The notes beneath the pieces are model-generated. The model worked only from the letters and a program-made list of their open reading frames with translations, made no database searches and had not been told where the DNA came from. The position numbers and the translations under genes are program-made. Below, in pieces: positions 57,662-64,000 of a DNA stretch of 64,000 nucleotides. How positions within the stretch are numbered: position 1 is the first letter of the stretch; the number at the start of each line of letters is the position of its first letter. The stretch comes from an uncultured Bacteroidales bacterium (lineage in GTDB: Bacteria > Bacteroidota > Bacteroidia > Bacteroidales > VadinHA17). The stretch lies in assembly GCA_963701745.1 (NCBI GenBank), contig CAVPBE010000004.1:88586-152585 (forward strand), given 5' to 3'.

Positions 57662-57891
57662 AGTGTGAAAGTTTTAGGGTGAACTGGTAGCAATAATTAA
57701 TTGTGTAATTTATAAACTATTTGATAAAGTCCGGCAAAATAATTTAAAAACTTTACGGACCCGATTCTTTTTCATTTTATGTTCTCTTAATAGCGTTCAT
57801 AGCCACAGGATTTGAGGTTAATTTATATCTTTAGTGGCTGGATAAAAAAGCTGCCTTTACACAATGATGACTTAAAAAATAGAAAAAGAAA

Positions 57892-58515
57892 ATGAAACGA
57901 ATTTTAACCTTAATCCTGACAGTTATACTATTTCAATATTCTGTCAATTCGCAGCAAAACAGTAACAGTCTTAAAACTGCTTTGCTTATAGTGGATATCC
58001 AGAATTTCTATTTCCCGGGAGAGGGACCCGGACTGGTAAATGCTGAACAGGCTAGCCTGGCTGCAAAAGAAATCCTTCAGATATTCAGAGATAAGAAACA
58101 ACTGGTTGTACATGTCCGCCATAAATCAGCCAAAGGAATGGAAATCCATAAAAATGTGGAACCTCTCTCAAATGAGAAAGTAATTACTAAAGAAGAGGTA
58201 AACAGCTTCCTTGGAACTGATCTGCAGGAATATCTCAGAATCAACAATATTAACCGCCTGGTCATTATTGGTATGCAGACACAAATGTGTTTGGAAGCGG
58301 CCGTCCGTGCAGCGCATGATTATGGATTTGAATGTGTGGTTATTCAGGAAGCCTGTGCCACCAAAGACCTGACTTTTGGCGGAAAGGTTGCAAAAGCTGA
58401 AGATGTTCAGACAAGCACTTTTGCCACTTTTGTAAATGGCGGATATAGTAAAGTAATTGAGCTGAAACTCTTTAAGGAAAATACAGATAAGTATCTGTTT
58501 CAAAAACTCGATTAA
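57892..58515 (+). CDS. Isochorismatase-family cysteine hydrolase with a signal peptide
   Basis: ALLIVDIQNFYF, VVHVRH and LVIIGMQTQMCLEAAVRAA (catalytic Cys context). Confidence 0.8.
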   Translation: MKRILTLILTVILFQYSVNSQQNSNSLKTALLIVDIQNFYFPGEGPGLVNAEQASLAAKEILQIFRDKKQLVVHVRHKSAKGMEIHKNVEPLSNEKVITKEEVNSFLGTDLQEYLRINNINRLVIIGMQTQMCLEAAVRAAHDYGFECVVIQEACATKDLTFGGKVAKAEDVQTSTFATFVNGGYSKVIELKLFKENTDKYLFQKLD

Positions 58516-58741
58516 AAAAGAACAATTTATCTATAAGCTTTCAGCATTAAGCTTTCAGCTTTCAGCGGATATATTTTTTGTTACTTCCTTAACATGGGAA
58601 TGTCTAAAAAGCTAACCACCTCCCTCCCGACAAGTCGGTATGGGCTTCCCATGCATTATGGCTTTTCGAGAAGAGCTTTACGCATTCTAATGCAATTACC
58701 TGGAATTTCTTATCTTAGTGAATAATCAATTATACAATGTA

Positions 58742-60196
58742 ATGAAGAAAAATTTACTCTTTGCTTTGATAATTACTGTCCTGAGTGCATTGCCTCAGTG
58801 TACACAAAATAAAAAATACTCACCCGAAATTGAGGAAAATATAAAGCTGGTTGAGAACAGTCTTGCAGGGTGGGTTAAGACAGGAGAGGATGATACCTGG
58901 TCTCTGGCTGAAAGAATGAAGGTTTACAATGTCAATGGTGTCAGTATTGCTGTAATTCATAATTATAAAGTTGAATGGGCACGGGGATATGGATTCGCAG
59001 ACGTTGCCGAAAAGCGTCCTGTGACTGAAGCCACAATGTTCCAGGCTGCTTCGATCAGTAAATCCCTGAACAGCATTGGAGTTTTGAAACTTGTGGAGGA
59101 AAAGAAACTTGATCTGAACAGTGATATCAATAAATACCTTGTCACATGGAAGTTCCCATACGACACAGTGTCGCACAATAAAGTAATTACTGTGGCCAAC
59201 CTGTTAAGCCATACAGGAGGACTGACAATTCATGGATTCCCTGGTTATGCAAAAGGAGAAGCGCTTCCAACCATGCCTCAGATTCTCGACGGTCAGAAGC
59301 CTGCAAATACAGAACCTGTAAGGTCGTCAATCGAACCGGGAAAGAAGGTAATATATTCAGGCGGAGGCGTTACAATTTCCCAGATGATTGTAATGGATAT
59401 CACTAACCAGCCATATGATAAATTCATGCAGGATAATGTTCTTGATCAGCTTGGAATGAAAGGCAGCACTTTTTTACAACCGCCTCCTGCAGATAGGGAG
59501 AATATCCTGGCAACCGGCTATAAAGCTGACGGAAGAGAAGTTCCTGGAAAGTACCATATCTACCCCGAGCAGGCTGCAGCTGGTCTATGGACAAATCCTG
59601 CGGATCTCTGCAAATATATAATAGAGACACAGCTTTCCTATTTGGGAAAATCATCAAAGGTGCTTACCCCTGAAATGACAAGGTTAAGGCTGACTCCTGT
59701 CCTCGAAGATGCGGCACTTGGTGTGTTTGTAAATTCCAGAGTCGCAGGTTCTGCAAAATATTTTAACCACAACGGTGGAAATGAAGGATTTACCTGTACC
59801 TCCATTGGTTGTCTCGATCAGGGAGAAGGTGTAGTTATCATGACCAATTCAGACAATGGATCTATCCTTGATGAGATTGCTAACAGCGTGGCGACTGTTT
59901 ACAAATGGAAGGATTATTATCTGCCTGAAATAAAAAAGGTTGTTTATATAGAGCGGCCAATACTAGAAAAATATGCAGGGAAATATGAATTTGGAGGAAC
60001 AACCGTAATATTTAAAATGACAGATACGGGCTTGTCGGTAAATGTATTTGGCGATCTTTTCTGGAATGTTTATTTCACCTCCGAAAGTGAGTTTTTCGTA
60101 AAAGAGTCCAGGGGTTATTTTAAGTTTCAGACCGATAAAGACAACAAGGTTACAGGGTTCCTTATTAACGGTGAAACCGTAAAAAAGATTGAATAG
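58742..60196 (+). CDS. Serine hydrolase of the beta-lactamase/transpeptidase-like family
   Basis: SxxK motif (ASISKSL), YSGGG, and a C-terminal lipocalin-like extension. The ATG at 58742 is preferred over the GTG at 58718. Confidence 0.82.
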   Translation: MKKNLLFALIITVLSALPQCTQNKKYSPEIEENIKLVENSLAGWVKTGEDDTWSLAERMKVYNVNGVSIAVIHNYKVEWARGYGFADVAEKRPVTEATMFQAASISKSLNSIGVLKLVEEKKLDLNSDINKYLVTWKFPYDTVSHNKVITVANLLSHTGGLTIHGFPGYAKGEALPTMPQILDGQKPANTEPVRSSIEPGKKVIYSGGGVTISQMIVMDITNQPYDKFMQDNVLDQLGMKGSTFLQPPPADRENILATGYKADGREVPGKYHIYPEQAAAGLWTNPADLCKYIIETQLSYLGKSSKVLTPEMTRLRLTPVLEDAALGVFVNSRVAGSAKYFNHNGGNEGFTCTSIGCLDQGEGVVIMTNSDNGSILDEIANSVATVYKWKDYYLPEIKKVVYIERPILEKYAGKYEFGGTTVIFKMTDTGLSVNVFGDLFWNVYFTSESEFFVKESRGYFKFQTDKDNKVTGFLINGETVKKIE

Positions 60197-60509
60197 AGAT
60201 AGAACTCTTAAAATAACGGCACAAGAACTGAAATCAGAATGAGGCCGGTATCCTTGTTGTGTGCCAACAGCTCCCGGATTAAGCCTTATACCGGCAAATT
60301 TGCCATTCCACTGGATCCTGAATGAATTTGCTGAAAAAGCGGGTCCTGCAAATAAAAGCCTAGCTACATTCTTTGACCTGGGCCGGGCTAATAGTGCAGC
60401 AACCTTTTATTCCTGTTCAGAATGTGCCTATATCTTCTGTTTCCCTGGTCAACAATAAAAATATAATTATAAATTTGATCGGCCTTTTCCAGGAATCGAT
60501 AATTGAGTT

Positions 60510-61799
60510 ATGGCCCATCATAATACGATTAAATACAATAATTATAAAAAGCTCTCCGAAAGACTTAATCTCTTTCCCCAGGGAGCCGTAGCTTCTGACC
60601 TGCTTTTTGAAATATTGAAAATCCTTTTTTCGGAAAGGGAGGCAGGACTTGTTTCGTCATTGCCGATAAAGCCATTTAATGCCATTAAAGCTGCAGGCAT
60701 CTGGAAAATGAAAGAATCAGAGGCAATAGTTGTTTTGAATGATCTGGCTGACAGAGGTATACTGATTGACGCCGTAAATAACAATGAGGTGATTTATTCT
60801 ATGCCTCCTCCAATGGCTGGTTTTTTTGAGTTTTCAATGATGAGATACCGAAATGATATTGATCAGAAGACTCTTGCTGAACTTTTTTATCAATACATGA
60901 ATGTTGAGGAGGACTTTATAAGGAGTCTCTTTACAATGGGGGAGACACAGCTTGGGAGAGTATTTGTCAATGAAGAGATTCTTTCAAATGAAAATGCACT
61001 TCATGTGCTTGATTATGAAAGAGCATCAGAAATAATAAAAACTGCTTCTTCAATTGGTATCGGGATCTGTTATTGCAGACATAAAATGGAACATCTCGGA
61101 AAAAACTGTGATGCACCCATGGATATCTGTATGACATTTAATGGCAGTGCAGATTCACTGACACGTCATGGAATAGCACGTAAGGTTGAACCTTCAGAAG
61201 GAATTGATCTTTTACAGAAAGCCCGCGATAATAACCTTGTACAGTTCGGGGAAAATGTCCGGGAAAGAGTGAACTTTATCTGCAACTGCTGTGGTTGCTG
61301 CTGTGAAGCGCTTATTGCGGCAAGAAAATTTGGATTTCTTAATCCTGTCCATACAACCAACTTTATCCCGTTCATTATTGAAGAAGACTGTAATGGATGC
61401 GCGAAATGCGTCGCATTATGTCCTGTCGAAGCAATGAGCCTGGTTTCGTCGAATGACCCGGGAAAGCCGAACAAGAAGAAAGCAAAACTGCAGGAGGACA
61501 TTTGCCTTGGGTGCGGTGTATGTCTCTCCGGCTGCAATAACAAGGCATTGGAACTAAGATCACGGGGTGAAAGGGTTATAACCCCGGTTAATTCGGTTCA
61601 CAGGGTTGTGACAATGGCAATTGAGAGAGGCAAGCTTCAAAATCTTATTTTCGACAGGCAGGTCATGTTCAGCCATAGAGCCATGGCAGCAGTATTGGGA
61701 GTGATCCTTAAATTGCCTCCTTTAAAACAGGCTCTGGCAAGCAAGCAATTCAAATCACGTTATCTGGCTTCATTGATCAGAAGACAAACAAAGTACTAA
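60510..61799 (+). CDS. Fe-S protein: wHTH-like N-terminus, Cys-rich CxCCGCCC segment and a 2x[4Fe-4S] ferredoxin domain
   Basis: CYCRHKMEHLGKNCDAPMDIC, FICNCCGCCCEAL, CNGCAKCVALCP and CLGCGVCLSGC. Confidence 0.8.
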   Translation: MAHHNTIKYNNYKKLSERLNLFPQGAVASDLLFEILKILFSEREAGLVSSLPIKPFNAIKAAGIWKMKESEAIVVLNDLADRGILIDAVNNNEVIYSMPPPMAGFFEFSMMRYRNDIDQKTLAELFYQYMNVEEDFIRSLFTMGETQLGRVFVNEEILSNENALHVLDYERASEIIKTASSIGIGICYCRHKMEHLGKNCDAPMDICMTFNGSADSLTRHGIARKVEPSEGIDLLQKARDNNLVQFGENVRERVNFICNCCGCCCEALIAARKFGFLNPVHTTNFIPFIIEEDCNGCAKCVALCPVEAMSLVSSNDPGKPNKKKAKLQEDICLGCGVCLSGCNNKALELRSRGERVITPVNSVHRVVTMAIERGKLQNLIFDRQVMFSHRAMAAVLGVILKLPPLKQALASKQFKSRYLASLIRRQTKY

Positions 61800-61862
61800 G
61801 CTGTTTGATTCATGTTAATCCGGACCCTGAAAGCTTATATGAATCATAGAATGATATGTTTT

Positions 61863-61905
61863 GCGGTTATGCCGTTACGCCGTTACGCCGTTACGCCGTT
61901 ACGCC
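61863..61905. repeat. (GCCGTTAC)n octamer tandem repeat, about 5 units
   Basis: GCGGTTAT GCCGTTAC GCCGTTAC GCCGTTAC GCCGTTAC GCC. The same unit occurs at 30690-30708. Confidence 0.9.
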
Positions 61906-61958
61906 ATTTTTACTATCTTTGCCAATTCACATCAAAGATTATAATTCACTGTACATAA

Positions 61959-63197
61959 ATGATATTCGATGATTTAGACCTGAATCCGGAACTGCTGGAA
62001 TCAATTGATTATATGGGCTTCAGGGAGACTACGCCAATACAGGAAAAGGCTATACCGGTCATCATGTCGGGAAGGGACCTGATCGCCTGTGCACAGACAG
62101 GCACCGGAAAAACTGCTGCCTATCTGCTGCCAATAATGAATAATATTTCAGAGAAACGACCCAGTCATACTCACACTCTTATACTTGTTCCGACACGTGA
62201 ACTGGCTCTGCAGATTGACCAGCAAATTCAGGGATTGGCTTATACCCTGAACATAACATCATTAGCTGTTTATGGGGGTGGCGATGGAAGTGGATGGGAC
62301 CAGGAAAAAGCTGCCCTTTCAAAGGGTGCGGATATTATAGTTGCCACTCCCGGAAGGCTGATTTCTCATCTTAACCAGGGTTATGTGAAATTCAACCAGA
62401 TAGAGGTGCTGGTTCTTGACGAGGCCGACCGGATGCTCGATATAGGATTCTATGACGACATTATGCGTATTACTTCGTATGTGCCAAAAAAGCGCCAGAC
62501 TCTTATGTTCAGTGCAACCATGCCTCCGGATATAAGATCAATGTCGAAGCATATCATGAAGAATCCGGCTGAAATTTCACTTGAAATGTCGAAACCGCCT
62601 GAAGGTGTCGTACAGGCTGTCTACTTATTGAGCGACAATCAGAAATTACCGCTGATTAACAGTCTTATTGCCGACAACCCTGATTACCACAGCATATTGA
62701 TATTCAGTTCGACAAAGAAGAAGGTAAGTGAAATTGTCAGGGGACTGCGCTCAAAAAACTATCTGGTTGAAGGCATCTCTTCCGATCTGGAACAGAAGGA
62801 GAGGGAAAATATGCTGGTGAGATTCAGGTCACGTAAAACCAGGGTCCTTGTGGCTACAGATGTCTTAAGCCGCGGAATTGATATCAAGGATATCAACCTA
62901 GTAATAAATTTTGATGCCCCTTCAGATGCCGAGGACTATGTGCACCGTGTCGGCCGTACTGCCCGTGCCGAAACAACTGGTGTTGCGGTAACTCTTGTTA
63001 ACAGAGCCGATATGTATAAAATTCAGCGCATTGAAAAATTAATCGGGAACAGGATTTATAATGCCCCTTTGCCGGCATTTATTGCCGAAAATCATAATTC
63101 AGGACCGGGCCACCGGCCCCCTCTGACAAAATCCAGAAAAAATGGGTTTAAAAAGAGGTTCAATCAGAATGGCAGGAGGCAGAAAACTATAACTTAA
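61959..63197 (+). CDS. DEAD-box ATP-dependent RNA helicase
   Basis: Q-motif region, AQTGTGKTAAY, PTRELA, DEAD, SAT and HRVGRTARA, with a basic C-terminal tail. Confidence 0.93.
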   Translation: MIFDDLDLNPELLESIDYMGFRETTPIQEKAIPVIMSGRDLIACAQTGTGKTAAYLLPIMNNISEKRPSHTHTLILVPTRELALQIDQQIQGLAYTLNITSLAVYGGGDGSGWDQEKAALSKGADIIVATPGRLISHLNQGYVKFNQIEVLVLDEADRMLDIGFYDDIMRITSYVPKKRQTLMFSATMPPDIRSMSKHIMKNPAEISLEMSKPPEGVVQAVYLLSDNQKLPLINSLIADNPDYHSILIFSSTKKKVSEIVRGLRSKNYLVEGISSDLEQKERENMLVRFRSRKTRVLVATDVLSRGIDIKDINLVINFDAPSDAEDYVHRVGRTARAETTGVAVTLVNRADMYKIQRIEKLIGNRIYNAPLPAFIAENHNSGPGHRPPLTKSRKNGFKKRFNQNGRRQKTIT

Positions 63198-64000
63198 CCC
63201 TTCGGCCTGTACTGAAACACTTATAAAATGATCCGTTTTTATAGAGAAGCATCTCCCCGGGCTGATCATTCATTATTCCTGCATCAGCTCCCAGAATTTT
63301 TTTGTTGAACATTGAGGTGATTTCAGGTTTCGGAGTATGTCCTACCACAATATGCTTTTTCCCGTAAAAAGTAAGAATGGAATCAATCTTCGTCTCACAG
63401 AAAGTCTCATCGTTAAAATATCCCCTGTACCATATCGGACCATAGCCTTGATTCAGAAATTTCAGGGTTTCGATTTGATAAAGCTCCTGCAGACTTTTTC
63501 CAACTATTTCATATGTAAATATTTTATTTATTTGTGTGATTTTGAGTTTTTTGTGAGCCATTTCCATTGAAATTCCTCCATGAACAAACAACAGATCGTT
63601 TATTGTAATTATAACCGGCTTGGTACGCAACCATCTGCCCAATACCGATCTTTCAGAATATAGATCAGCGTACTTCGTACCCGCAATTGTTTGAACATTC
63701 CTGTATTTTTCATGCGTCGCTTCCTGGTCATTTCTAAGCGCCATAAATTCATGATTCCCAAGCATCACGTGCACCATTCCCCCGGCTTGTTGCGCTTGTT
63801 TTTCCAGACCAAAAAGATGCCAGAGTACTTCTGTCACCATATCACCTCTGTCAAACATGTCTCCAAGAATTACAAGATGCCCCCTGCCAAAACTCCATTT
63901 CAGATTCTTATCGATAATACCGGTAGCCCTGAGCAGGTTTGTATAGGTATTATATTCCCCGTGAATATCTGAGATTACACTTATACTGTCTACATTGATG
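63187..64000 (-). CDS. Calcineurin-like metallophosphoesterase (5' end lies outside the window)
   Basis: The frame stays open upstream of the listed Met to the window edge. It reads ...SVISDIHGEYNTYTNLL...GHLVILGDMFDRGD...LGNHE...VHGG...GHT, the full set of metallophosphoesterase motifs. Confidence 0.85.
   Translation of the reverse strand, partial: INVDSISVISDIHGEYNTYTNLLRATGIIDKNLKWSFGRGHLVILGDMFDRGDMVTEVLWHLFGLEKQAQQAGGMVHVMLGNHEFMALRNDQEATHEKYRNVQTIAGTKYADLYSERSVLGRWLRTKPVIITINDLLFVHGGISMEMAHKKLKITQINKIFTYEIVGKSLQELYQIETLKFLNQGYGPIWYRGYFNDETFCETKIDSILTFYGKKHIVVGHTPKPEITSMFNKKILGADAGIMNDQPGEMLLYKNGSFYKCFSTGRRVKL

Noticed and set aside
63187-63197. 11-nt overlap of the convergent helicase and metallophosphoesterase 3' ends
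   Set aside because: Short convergent overlaps are common and imply nothing beyond tight packing.

Overview
The gene content of this window points to a Bacteroidota chromosome: T9SS C-terminal sorting domains, FISUMP lipoproteins, a TonB with a poly-Pro linker, and many SpII-type lipoprotein signals. I support about 55 CDS and two tRNAs that the ORF track cannot show: tRNA-Gln(TTG) at 29518-29590 (-) and tRNA-Arg(CCT) at 39902-39973 (+). I also support several hairpin terminators and a set of intergenic repeats. Recognisable housekeeping genes are fba, tsaB, efp, tyrS, cvpA and a DEAD-box helicase. They are interleaved with exported hydrolases, transport modules and poorly characterised envelope proteins. 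Both edge genes are truncated by the window.

Four loci look most worth follow-up:
- **1-6204:** a T9SS-sorted adhesin-like gene is translationally coupled (ATGA) to a DUF4402/SCPU-like pilin-type gene. A 1219-aa usher-like outer-membrane protein follows, ending in SPOR repeats, and no chaperone gene is visible.
- **50128-55095 (-):** an SH3b plus large beta-barrel protein is followed 21 nt later by a 913-aa secreted protein in which I recognise no family.
- **41862-45942:** two tandem paralogous transmembrane TolB_N-like/TPR proteins, one carrying a cytoplasmic DUF4145 head.
- **14305-16254 (-):** a multi-PAS histidine-kinase homolog in which the H-box His, N-box Asn and G1 Asp all appear substituted. 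It sits next to an orphan sugar-binding lipoprotein and a GC-rich, hairpin-dense 430-bp spacer.

No CRISPR array, integrase, transposase or rRNA was seen. All family calls come from motif recognition by eye, not from database searches.
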